A stretch of 64,000 nucleotides of DNA from Octopus sinensis. Lineage: Eukaryota. The notes beneath the pieces were generated by a model. The model did not search any database and had not been told where the DNA came from. It saw nothing but the letters and a program-made list of their open reading frames with translations. Shown one piece after another: positions 51,460 to 63,981 of the stretch; positions within the stretch are counted from its first letter, which is position 1; each line of letters begins with the position of its first letter. Location: positions 87,544,001 to 87,608,000 of the forward strand of contig NC_043001.1 in assembly GCF_006345805.1 (NCBI RefSeq), given 5' to 3'. The translations under genes were made by a program, and so were the position numbers.

Positions 51460-54400
51460 GCCTGATTATCATCCACCTGTTTCCAGTTAGGAGAATTGAT
51501 CTCGCTTATCTTCATAGCAGGGCTCACTCAACACAAGGCCTGCTTTCAATTTCTAGAAGTTGACAGTGGTGGTGGTATCAACAGCATGTAACGTTTAAGT
51601 TACCATGGTTCAATGATTTATATTTCCAATTATTAAATAGGTTTTTGTTGTTTTTTTTACTTTCAAATTGTAGGTTTTGTTTTGTTCATTCCTTTCTCCT
51701 TTCCCTGGCTCTCATCTTTCTGCTTCATCTTGCTGAGTACCTCATAAGATACAGCTTGTTAAATAATATTGAGACTGATTATGTGCTCCACACAGCATTG
51801 TAGCAATATTTTGAAGTGAGCCTCCTAATAGTTCTCCCTCCATCCAAAACTGAATTTATTTTTATTTATTACAGAATCTGGTTATGAAATTGTGGTTGTT
51901 GGTTGTGTTGCTATGGCATGTAACTTAGTTTCATCTTAACTTTTTTTATAATCCGCTGAAATTTGCATCATGGTTAAGGTCCGGTGAGATTACACACTAG
52001 TTTTATGTTGTTGGTTATACTTTTGCATCATTCGTACTTCAGTTTTTGTCATCTTAGCATCACGTTAGCTTCCTGTCAAACTAATTTCTTTCGTTAATTA
52101 CTCTATCATCGTTACTCAGCTAGTCCACATGAGCTGTTTGAATAGTTTGAGAGGAATCAGTTTAAAATCGAATAATAATTGCTTTGTGCTTTCAATAACG
52201 AATTCATCAGTACAGTGATTTTTCTGTTTGAATTTCCTCTGGATTTATGGTTATATATATATGTATATTTTTAAAGAACTCTGGAAATTTCCATTATACC
52301 ATGGTGAATTTTATACCGGAGATGTTAGGACTGACATGGTAGCTCTTGGTTAAATTACTGTTCATCTCCTGTGATGTGGTTTTAGTCAGCTTGTTGCTGC
52401 CTGTTTTTATATTTCTCATTTGATTCTGGATGAACATCTTCCTCAGGATTGTGAAAATGTTTAAAATCGACTTATTTTTATGTATTTTGCCTGAATGTTC
52501 TTCAATTTTTGTGTGGCGGGGTGTATAATTTCAAATGTTCCTTTCAACTTACCACCGGTGAGGCTAATTTAATGAACATGCCTTACATATCTGTCTTTAC
52601 TGTCCAGTGATCCTGTGGTAGCATTCGGCTGCAACCACTGATGTGATTGTCGTTTCTCCTCCCACCATTTAGACGTCCTGTTTTCTTGCCACCTACATTA
52701 ACAGTTGTATTGTGGTTGTGCTCATCCTTAAAATACATTTAGAATCCAATTATATTGCCAACCAGAAACACACAGAAATCACTATAAATTTGTTTTCATT
52801 TTCCTCTCATTTAAAATAAATTAAATATATGATATTTTTATGAGTTGTCAAAAATCTATTAAAAGCACAAAAAAAAATATTCATTATCAGTCCATTGGAT
52901 ATTGTTTGGACAGTGTGTGTGTGTGCATATATTTATATATAATATATATACACACATTTTAAATGTAAACCAAAGTGAAAAGGTAGTGTGAAAAGATTTA
53001 ATGGTTTCTTTGGTGTTACCCAAGTGTATTCTGTTTGACACTATGGTTCATTTCTAAATTGCTTCATTACTACATGGCTGGGCTTATTTAACAATTAGTC
53101 ATTTCTCACCTTGTCTTTTATCTTTTCTACATCTGTACTATCTCACTTCTCCATTCCTATGCTGATTTTTCACTGTGTTCTCCTATTGTCACATTTGTCT
53201 TCAATATATATATATATATATATATATGCACTGCCAGTGTGTATGTTTACATCTCAATGCAAAGCATTCAAGTATAAGTACATATCTGAGATAGACGAAA
53301 AAATGTGAGCTCCATGTCCTCCGTGGAATCCACCACTCACATTAGTTCTCTTGGTATTGGGGTGTGTAAAATTTTAAGGCTGTTTTGAACCCTAGCACGA
53401 ACAGTTTATATCTTACCTGTTGGGCATGATGGGAGTGCCATTGAAGAAACACGTCAGGTAGTGATCGTTACACTGAAGCCTGTGTTTCGGTGTGGTTTCT
53501 CTCATGTTTGCACTCTTGCAAGTTTAGCTTTGTTTATAAATGCAAACATCTGTTTACTGTTCAACTTCAGATTAATGATATATAAATATATGTATTGATA
53601 CATATATGATGGAGAAAGCCATGTTGAACGCCCATCTGTATCATAATATCCAAAGCACAGCAAGCTTCAATACAAAGCATAATATGTAAATCTATTGAAT
53701 TTCAGAATTAGTTTTGTCATTTCTTTCTAGTTTGACAAACTCTGATAAAGAGGATTATGATTATTGACTTGGTTATTTAGAAAGTCCTATATTTGGCAAA
53801 AAATGCTGGGATGGGGGTTGGTGGAGGTTAAGATGAATGTTCAAGGATTTCGCTGTTTTTCACATCTATAAGGTACTCATAACCCACCCATATCTCCTAT
53901 TTTCCTTTATTTATCTATTTATTTTAGGTTTTATTTTATTCTTCATAAAGATGAGTTCTTATTCCAGACGGCTAGACAGAAAATTCTTATTGGAATGGAG
54001 ATGACCAATGTTATGTGGTCTTTGCTACTTACCATCATCTTAATCCTTCATTTTTTTTTTTTTTTCTTATCCCATCTATCCATGCTGTCTATCCACCCTC
54101 ATCAGTCTCCACATCTAAATTAAGTTGCAAACCAAAGCAAAATAACAACAAAAAAATAATAAACCTTAAAGTGAATATTTTTGTAAACTTGTGCATGTGT
54201 ATATAAATAAATCCTTTGTGTGTGTATGCATAATATATATATATAATGTGGATATATATATATAAGGACACCCATACATACACAAATTTGGTTGAGAGAA
54301 ATATAACAATGTTTACTAATATTTTTATTTGTTTTATTTTCTCCCTCGTTTAAAAACTAGCATGGACATTTCTTTCTGAATAAATTAATTTCTATTTAAA

Positions 54401-56105
54401 TTTTGAGTCTGCCTGAATTTTAATTAAAGAAAAGGAAGGAAAAACATGATTTTGTCACCTGTGTTGTTTCTTTATCATACACATCTTTCATTCTGAATCC
54501 TTTATTTTTTTATATCTCATGTTTTAAATCATGTGATGTCTATGGATTTATGTTCAGAGTTCACTTTCTGGTGAGCTCAGCTTTGCTTTTCATCCTTTCA
54601 GGGTCAATGAAATAAGTACCAGTCAAGCACTGGGTGTAATCAACTACATCCTTCCCCCAAAATTTCAGGCCTTGTACCTATAGTAGAAAGGATTATAATT
54701 ATTATTAATAATAATGTGAGCTGGCAGAATTTAGTGCTTTGCTGTATTTTGTCCCTCTTTTCATCTGAGTTCAAATTCTGATGTTGACTTTGCCTTTCAT
54801 CATTTTGGCGTCAATAAAATAGGTACCAGTTGAGCACTGGGGTTGATGAAATTGACTTAGTTCCTCCCCTCAAAATTTCAGGTCTTGTGCTAGAAGGGAT
54901 TATTATTTTAAGCATAATGACCTCACTTATGCTAAATGTGTGAAACCTCAATCATCCATTGTTCTACCATTTGCTGATAAGTTTTTTCTCAACATTCAAC
55001 TTGGCCAAAAACAATTTGCAAACCAATTAAGAATCACTACAAGATTAGTCCAACATCTTTAAGCTTTCCAAAGCAAAACAGAACTTTTGCAAGGTAGCAT
55101 TTCATTAAATTTAATCTCTCAGCTGTTGGCATCATGATAAAATGCAAGTGCACTCTATAAAGCAATTGATGCAATGCAGGATACCAAACACCTTACAGCA
55201 AGGCTGGAGTGTACTTAACTCCAATGTTATGGACTGTTCTGAAGAAAAAAATCCAGCCAAAGACAGTATGGTAGTCCTTGACATGTACTTTAGATAAAGA
55301 AGCTTCATATATGATGTACATACAGTAGTATGTACTAAGTGTACATTAGAAATAGACTCTTAAATGTTTGGATGGTTCACTAGAAGTCAATAGCTTTTGT
55401 TACCTAGGATACGTTATTAACAGCAGAGATGATTGCTCTGAAAGCATAGAAGCCAATCTAAGAACATGATGTAAAAAGTTTGGTGATCTACTGCTGCTGG
55501 TAGTAGTCTTTTCCTTTGGTGTTAAGGACAGGTTAAAATTGGATATTGCATGGGAATGAAACATGCATTGAATGCAGAGGACATAAGACTGGAAAGAAAT
55601 TAAGCTCCATTTGATGTATAATGTAAGTATATACGGATGAAATAGTGCAAATGCATTGAGAAAAACTAGGCATGAGGAATCAAGATGTGCTACAAAGAAG
55701 ACTGCACTTGTGGACATGGGATGCATATGGATAAAGAAATGCTAATATACTACTAAGCAAAACAAAAAAAAAATCTCTGAATATAAATTTACTTCTTGTT
55801 TGGAGAAAGGAAACTAAAACCTCATTGGCAATCATATGACCTACAAAGAAACAGGATTTTAAGAAATTTTTTTAAAATTGTATCAACCTACCCAAAGCTC
55901 TGGTTTTATGAAACTAACTTCTTGTTTCTAAGTGATATAAATTAAGCCATTTGAGCAAAATTTCATGTTAATTTATATTCCAAAACACCAGATAAATAAT
56001 GATAAAGTGTTTGGCCAAGTTCTTTATTTTCAAAATTAATTGAAATAAAGGCAGTATATTTCATTACAAATATGGTAACAAAAAAGGATTAACCCTTTTG
56101 ATACC

Positions 56106-56313
56106 TATTTCTTTACCAAACATAGAGAGGACAGACAAACGGATTAAGTCGATTATATTGACCTCAGTGCATAACTGGTACTTAATTTATCGACCTCGAA
56201 AGGATAAAAGGCAAAGTTGATCTCGGCGGAATTTGAACTCAGAACGTAATGGCAGACGAAATACGGCTATGCATTTCGCCCCGCGTGCTAACGTTTCTGC
56301 CAGCTCGCCGTCT
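56106..56313 (-). mobile_element. tRNA-derived SINE (family with GGCGGCGAGCTGGCAGAA head) with a 15-bp TSD; other copies at ~3040-3200, 19149-19361, 38107-38320, 54715-54905 (+) and 59608-59828 (-)
   Basis: A/B-box-like head (GAGTTCAAATTCC); TSD aacccttttgatacc (56091-56105) / aacctttttgatacc (56314-56328); many dispersed copies. Confidence 0.85.
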
Positions 56314-57739
56314 AACCTTTTTGATACCAGCCTGTCTAAAACTCTGTTTCCATGATACAAACGGTGATCTAAATAAAAACCTTCCATCAAAATATGTTAT
56401 GTTCCAAACACCATCTTAATGACAGTTATTTTACTAAATTCATTATTTTCAAAATTAATTGAACCAAAAGCAGTGTATCTGAACAGAAATGTAGTAACAA
56501 TAGGGTTAACTTAGGAAACTTTGATATTCATAAGTGGGGAACAATAACAGACAAGTTTTGATTGCATTGGACTTTGTAAAACATAATGTAAACTAACTTC
56601 AATAGTTAGAAAATTTTAGATGTAGGAAAAGGGCTACAAAAAGTTTTAGACAGCAGTAATTTGCATACCAAACAACTGAGTTAATGAAAATTATCAATTA
56701 AGCAAATCTTTGATCATAGACAAATTAAAATTGAGCAAGAAACAAGTTTTGGTAAAGAGATAAAATTTATATATTAATATTTAAACTTTTTTCCATCTTA
56801 TTTTGAAAAACTAATTTCATTCTTTAAAATTCACAAGAAGTTCTTTTTGAAAAAAAAAAATGCTCCCACTGACAGAAATCACAGTATTAAGGGACCAATG
56901 TTCAATTTGTGCTGTAAACAATATATAACATCTATTGCTGCAATCTGGCAGAGTCTGTAAGGTCAACAATTGTGGATTCAGACACAGAAGTGAGTCACTT
57001 TACAAATGGCTTACTGTTCCCTTCTACTAATCAGAATGAGATAATCACTGTATAGAACACAATGGCTGTAGCAAGAGTTGAACTTATGACCACCTGAACA
57101 ACACCCCAGCACCTTAAAATTACAGCTACTTCACTGCAGTGGTGTTAATAAATTTTCTTACATAGGTGCAGGCATGGCTGTGTAGTTAAGAAGTTTGCTT
57201 CACCACCATGTAGTCACAGGTTCAGTCCCACTGCAAGCAATTTGGACAAGTGTTTTCTACTGTAGAATAAGGCTGACAAAAGCCTTGATTGCATTTGATA
57301 GATGGAAATTGAAAGAAGCCCATTGTGTGTGTACCCTTGTCTTGGTGTCATGTAATGATCATAAACAAATATACAAGTGATGTTCATTTCCAGTCTTCCT
57401 TGAAAAACATGTCTGGCCAAGGGGAAATGTTATCTTGCTTAGTAACAGGAAGGGCATCCAACCATAGAAAACTTGCCCCAACATTCCATCTGACCTATGC
57501 AAGCATGGAGGGGTGAACATTTAACAATGGTGGTTTACACACAAAGCAGAAGGAGTAGCATATTTTTTTTTTCATTGGAATAGCCAGATCAATCAGACCA
57601 TAGCCGATAATGTATAAAGGGCTAGTGGTGTAGCAAATTTGTGACTTTCCAGATACTGCACTTCTCAATACCAGCCTGTGATCTTAACAACATAAACAAA
57701 GAAGGGAATCGGAATTATCAATGGAGATTATGTTGATGT

Positions 57740-59055
57740 CTAGTATTTGATACCTTCTGATTCTGCTTCTTCTTTAATAAGAGTGGTAAGATTGACAGAG
57801 CTTATAGAATTAATGGTTTGTTCAGTTGATGTTGGTAATGTCTCTAAGTTGGTTTCAATACTAGAATCAATAACAATAGGATTGAATTCATTTTTTAATA
57901 GAGATGTTGCTGGAAGGAGTGACGTAGATGTTGCTGAAACTGATGTTGAGTAAGTATTGTTGAATAAGAGACTAGATGATAATGAATGAGGTGTTGACAT
58001 AAATAGATTTGGGTCATGCTTCCTTTTCATTTGTCGACGACCACATTCCTTGTCACTGAGATATTTACGTCGGTTCTGTAATGCTTCACCGAGTCGAATC
58101 CAAACAAACTGCTTGTGCCGACTCAACTGTGGTGCAGCGCGACAGATATAGCGAAAGAAAATTTCTTTTTTTTCTGCAGAAATCATCTTCAAAGGAGGTG
58201 CTCTGTGCCATATTTTTGCTGTTGTAGCAGCCTCTCTCAAAAGTGAGCGTCCGAGTCTCTGAGCTTCAGTCGGACGACCTCTTCGTACTTTCCTTCGAAG
58301 TAGCTCTTCAGCAGTGAATTCTTTGATTCGGCATGCACCCCAGCCATCAACAATATACACATCATTCTGAGGATAATCAACAACATCATCATCATCTTCT
58401 ATCACATGTGTCTGAACTTCTCCCTGTTGTATGAGTGTAGTGGATGTGTCTGAAGTTTTAGGAGAAGAATAAATAGCTGTATCAGAATTGACAAAATTAC
58501 TGACAGAAAGTGAGTTTGAATGCAATGAAGTTACAACTCCCACTTCTGAATCTTGCTGCTCTGTTGGAATAAAATTGTTAGTATGGAGTGGTGGGTTCTG
58601 GATATCAGTCAGTTGTGACATAGTGGTATTTGGACTGGGTTTTTTCTGTTGGTTTGAAATAATAACTAGTGGAGATGTTTTGTTGTAAGATTCCAGGTTT
58701 ACTGTTTTAGTGGGAAGAACATGTGTGACTTGGGTCAGAATGGGTTCTGGTGTGATTTTGGGAGAGGGCAAAGGTATTATAGCTTTGGGTGTTGATGTCA
58801 CAAATGTTTGTGATGGCAAAGTTATTGGTGATGAAGATAAGGATGTAGATGCTAGAACTGAGTGGGGATTTGATACAACAGAGCTGCTCACTGTTGGAGG
58901 TGCAATGGTCTTTGCTAAACGGCATGAAGAGTTGTTTGGACCATAAAGTTCTCGAAGCAATTTCCGAATTAAAAATCTATCCTTGAACACTTCAAAGATA
59001 TCTTTGAGGTCGGCATCAGTAAATTCCAGCAGCATCTCTCCTTCTACCTGGTTAT
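57740..59055 (-). CDS. Terminal exon of an uncharacterised SAM-domain protein with RGRP (AT-hook-like) motif; 5' exon(s) not located
   Basis: 1.3 kb open frame. Acceptor ttctatgtttcag|AT AAC CAG at 59055 (phase 1). Starts with the C-terminal half of a SAM fold (DNQVEGEMLLEFTDADLKDIF...RFLIRKLLREL), then an S/T/P-rich linker, KVRRGRPT and a ~110-aa helical block. Confidence 0.8.
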
Positions 59056-59164
59056 CTGAAACATAGAATATACTGTTTGTAACATATCTTTTGAATGATA
59101 CACACACATACAGAGCTATATATATTTATAGATACAGATATGGCAGACACATAGGTATGGACGT

Positions 59165-59330
59165 TTGTTCAATAGGCACAACCTAAGGGTCTCCGTTAGT
59201 TGTGTGCCCAATATGAAAAGAATATTGGTTAACACCCATGAAACCCAAGCAGAGTACAATAGCTGCCCAGTGTGTGTGCAATGCAAGGCAAGGCTAAGGG
59301 AGTCATATGTGAGGTTATGGTTGTATCCAG
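59165..59330 (+). mobile_element. Possible Penelope-like retroelement remnant
   Basis: FNRHNLRVSVSCVPNMKRIL resembles the Penelope RT/GIY-YIG linker pattern FNRNNVKVSYSCMPNMxSII; short and degenerate. Confidence 0.45.
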
Positions 59331-59844
59331 CCCTAACAAGCAGAATAATAACAGCAGCTCATCCAACATCAGTAATAACAATGGCAACAGCAGAAGTAGC
59401 AGTGACAGAGACACTGACAACTACAACTAGCACCAACACCTGCTCTACAACCAGAGATGATGGCCATGTCAGCACCAGTGAAACTTCCAGTCCCATGCCC
59501 AGACTTAACAGCACTGAAGGCACCCACAACATCACCAGCAACAGCAACTCCAAAACTGTAGCCACACGCACAAACATTTATCTATCTATCTACATATTAT
59601 ATATATATTTCTTTACTACCCACAAGGGGCTAAACACAGAGGGGACAAACAAGGATAGACAAAGGGATTAAGTCGATTATATCGACCCCAGTGCGTAACT
59701 GGTACTTAATTTATCGACCATGAAAGGCAAAGTCGACCTCGGCGGAATTTGAACTCAGAATGTAACGGCAGACGAAATACGGCTACGCATTTCGCCCGGC
59801 ATGCTAACGTGTCTGCCAGCTCGCCGCCTTTATAATCTACATAT

Positions 59845-60115
59845 TATATATAGTCTTACTGGCACCTGTGCTGGTGGTATGTGTAAAAGGATTCGACCGA
59901 GGTCGTTGCCAGTACCGCCTGACTGGCCCCGTACCGGTGGCACGTAAAAAGCACCCACAACACTCTCGGAGTGGTTGGCGTTAGGAAGGGTATCCAGCTG
60001 TAGAAACTCTGCCAAATCAAGATTGGAGCCTGGTGCAACCATCTGGTTCGCCAGCCCTCAGTCAAAATCGCCCAACCCATGCTAGCACGGAAAGCGGACG
60101 TTAAACGATGATGAT
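59845..60115 (+). mobile_element. RTE 3'-end fragment or RTE-tailed SINE; similar copy ~33448-33815 (-)
   Basis: Same 3' end as the RTE LINEs (AGCACGGAAAGCGGACGTTAAACGATGATGA). Confidence 0.75.
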
Positions 60116-60178
<63 letters not shown>

Positions 60179-61640
60179 TCTTTTGTTTTAGTCATTTGAC
60201 TACGGTCATGCTGGGGTTGCATAAATCGACACCAGGGCTTATGCTTTGTAAGCCTAGTGCACACACATCCACACACTTATATATACATGTATGTGTAAAG
60301 TAAGACACTAAGTGATGTATATATTTGAATCTTTAATGTAATGTATGTATTTATATCCTTAATCGGTACACAAATCTCCAATACAAACACATTCTAAAAT
60401 TGAACAGGGTTTTTTTTCCCTCTATATCTCAAAACCTCAATTCCTTTATACAGCTTTATCAATTTTTTAAACGAAAGATATTTTCCCCAGATGTATCACG
60501 TGCCTATTTGTTAATAATGAAGACGAACATAGCACGGTGCTGTGCCAATATTTTGACAGAAAATGTGTGAGGTAGTATAACCTACCTACTCTAAAAGCAA
60601 ATCACAGTCAATAAATATACTTATGGGAAACCAGTTAAAATTGTTAAATACACAGGAGGTAGGGAAAATTTTAAAGCGATATTTATCGGGTGGAGTCGAG
60701 TGAGGAGGATGAGAAGAGAGGGAATAACGTAGGAAATGAAAAGAAAGGGAAAGGATACAGAACACAAAGATCACGGGGAGAATACAAAGTGAAAGACAGG
60801 AAAAGACGAGAGAAGAGAACTGCAGGAGGAATGTAGAAAGAATGACAGAAAGAGAGGTTGGATTAGCAGGGAAGCTCATGAAATGATACAAGTTAATGGA
60901 TGGTGAAAGTGTGTGTGATGAATGAGAAGGGAGGGGGACAAAAGAGTAAGAGAGTGACAAAGAGGAACAGAGCAGCAGAGAGTAGTACAGAGGGTGAGAC
61001 AGACGATCAGAGAGGAGGAGAAGCAGACGAATCGAGAGAGAGATGGAAGAAACGGAGAGAGGGAGAGAAAGATAGAGATGATAAATGTAAAAGAGAATTT
61101 CAAGAGATAAAAGAATTAAATTCATTGAGTAATAAAAATGTAAGATAAAACTCCTTACAAATGTATTTAACAGACGTATTTAAATTACTTTTAAGAAAGA
61201 AGGTAAGATGTGTGTTAAAATGGATTTAATAGAAAAGAAAAAAAAAGGAAGGAAAAAATTTCGCTGCAACCACATCAATTAAAGTATAGTATGTTAAGAT
61301 TTTAATTGCTGTGCAGACAAGACACTGCACGGCTATTACTTAGTGTCTGTCTCTAGTAGTAAGCTTTTTAAAGGTAAAAATTAATCAATTAAAATATAGA
61401 AATGGTTTTTAAAAGAATCCTCGCTTATTGATTTAGCTACTGCAGGAAAGAAAATAGTAGGGAGTGAAGAGAAGAATGGTGTTGCTAGTGTCATGCGGAA
61501 GCCATCTATATGCCTGCCTGTGAGGCAAAATATCTCATACACAACAGATATTCTGAGCCATGAAAAAAAATATTTTTAAAAGGGAAATATACATATACAT
61601 GTGTACGCGCATGTATATGTATGTATATATATATATATAT

Positions 61641-62040
61641 ATTACTCTTTACTCTTTTACTTGTTTCAGTCATTTGACTGCGGCCATGCTGGAGCACCGC
61701 CTTTAGTCGAGCAAATCGACCCCGGGACTTATTCTTTGTAAGCCCAGTACTTATTCTATCGGTCTCTTTTGCCGAACCGCTAAGTGACGGGGACGTAAAC
61801 ACACCAGCATCGGTTGTCAATCAATGCTAGGGGGACAAACACACACACACACACATACACATATATATATACATATATACGACAGGCTTCTTTCAGTTTC
61901 CGTCTACCAAATCCACTCACAAGGCTTTGGTCGGCCCGGGGCTATAGCAGAAGACACTTGCCCAAGATGCCACGCAGTGGGACTGAACTCGGAACCATGT
62001 GGTTGGTAAGCAAACTACTTACCACACAGCCACTCCTGCG
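61641..62040 (-). mobile_element. tRNA-derived SINE (GCAGGAGTGGCTGTGTGGTAAG head, TAAAAGAG-repeat tail); second copy ~62432-62775; decayed copies ~20560-20915, 31045-31430, 36050-36365, 38925-39285, 39582-39920, 57167-57520
   Basis: tRNA-like head with GGTTCAGTCCC-type B box, shared body and simple-repeat tail; many homologous copies in the window. Confidence 0.85.
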
Positions 62041-62046
62041 ATACAC

Positions 62047-62216
62047 TTTATTTAAAGCAGCAGAAAATTCAACAAAACCTGTTACTCTGAGTTTCACGTT
62101 GCCGTTCATCGGACAGTTTTTGCTAGAATGGAACCGATTAGCAAAAACTGTCCGATGGACGGCAACGTGAAACTCAGAGTAACAGGTTTGTTGAATTTTC
62201 TGCTGCTTTAAATAAA
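62047..62216. repeat. Near-perfect 78-bp-arm hairpin (foldback MITE-like)
   Basis: Arms 62047-62125 and 62139-62216 differ only by one bulge and one G-T pair; 13-nt loop. Confidence 0.92.
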
Positions 62217-62282
62217 CATATTACTCTACCACTGGTAATTGAGTACTCTTTTTCCACCTTGTTTCACATTTATGTTTACTCC

Positions 62283-62331
<49 letters not shown>

Positions 62332-62769
62332 ATACATATATATATACACACATACACATATATGAATATATATATATGTACATGAATATACAATCACATA
62401 TATTGTATATGCGTGCGCGTGTATATATATATCTTTTACTTGTATCAATCATTTGACTGTGGCCATGCTGGAGCACCACATTTACTCGAGCAAATCTGAC
62501 CTCATTCTTTGCAAGCCTAGTACTTATTCTATCGGTCTTTTCTGCCGAACCGTTAAATTACGGTGACGTAAACACACCAGTATCGGTTGTCAAGCGATGT
62601 GGGGGGGGGGGGCAAACACAGACACACGAACATATAGACACATATATACGACGAGCTTCTTTCAGTTTCCGTCTACCAAATCCGCTTACAAGGCTTTGGT
62701 CGACCCGAGGCTATAGTAGAAGACACTTTCCCAAGGCGCCACGCAGTGGAACTGAACCGGTAGCCATGT

Positions 62770-62777
62770 GGTTCGTG

Positions 62778-62866
<89 letters not shown>

Positions 62867-63109
62867 ATATATATGTATGTGTGTATATATATGTGTGTGT
62901 GTATATATATATATATGTATGTATGTGTATATATATGTGTGTGTGTATATATATATGTATGTGTGTATATATATGTGTGTGTGTATAGATATATATATGT
63001 ATGTATGTGTATATATATATGTATATATATATATGTATATATATATATAGTATATATATATATATGTATATATATGTATATATATATATATAATATATGT
63101 ATATATATG

Positions 63110-63204
<95 letters not shown>

Positions 63205-63689
63205 ATATTATATATAATATATGTATGCGCAATGGCCTAGTGGTTAGGGCAGCGGACTCGCGGTCGCAGGATCGCGGTTTCGATTCTCAGACCGGGCGTT
63301 GTGTGTGTTTATTGAGCGAAAACACCTAAAAGCTCTACGAGGCTCCGGCAGGGGGTGGTGATCCCTGCCTGTACTCTTTCACCACAATGGCGGTGCCCCA
63401 GCATGGCCACAGCTCAAGAGCTGAAACTGGAAAAACAAAACAAAAAACAAAATATATATATGTATATATATGTATATATATATATATATATATATAGGAT
63501 ATATTATATATAGATATAATATATAGATATATTATATATATATGGATATATATATATATATAATATGTATATATATATGATATATATATTAATATATATA
63601 TATATATATTATGTATATATATATATAGATATATATATATATATGTATATATATATTATATATATATGTATTATATAGATATATATATG

Positions 63690-63721
<32 letters not shown>

Positions 63722-63817
63722 GTATATAATAATATATATAATATGTAATATATATATATAATATATATGTATATATATATATGTATATATATATATTATT
63801 GTGTATATATATATATG

Positions 63818-63889
<72 letters not shown>

Positions 63890-63943
63890 GTGTATTATTA
63901 TGTAATATGTATATATATATATATGTAGTATATTATATATATT

Positions 63944-63981
<38 letters not shown>

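Noticed and set aside
53417-53505. - strand ATG-initiated 29-codon frame ending at CAG|GTAAGA
   Set aside because: No plausible partner exon or recognisable protein; one consensus donor is expected by chance in 64 kb
60900-61148. 82-aa charged ORF on +
   Set aside because: Explained by purine bias, which suppresses stop codons and yields K/R/E/G
61381-61494. - strand ORF MTLATPFF...KSISEDSFKNHF as the missing SAM N-terminal exon
   Set aside because: No GT donor in phase 1 and no SAM helix-1 Trp motif
62766-63217. ORFs reading YIYI/VCVC (also 3297-4023, 9437-10665, 62221-62479)
   Set aside because: These are translations of (TA)n/(TG)n microsatellites
63225-63297. tRNA-like sequence with A and B boxes
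   Set aside because: No clean anticodon or acceptor stem, it continues into a repeat body, and it has decayed relatives in the window; it is a SINE head
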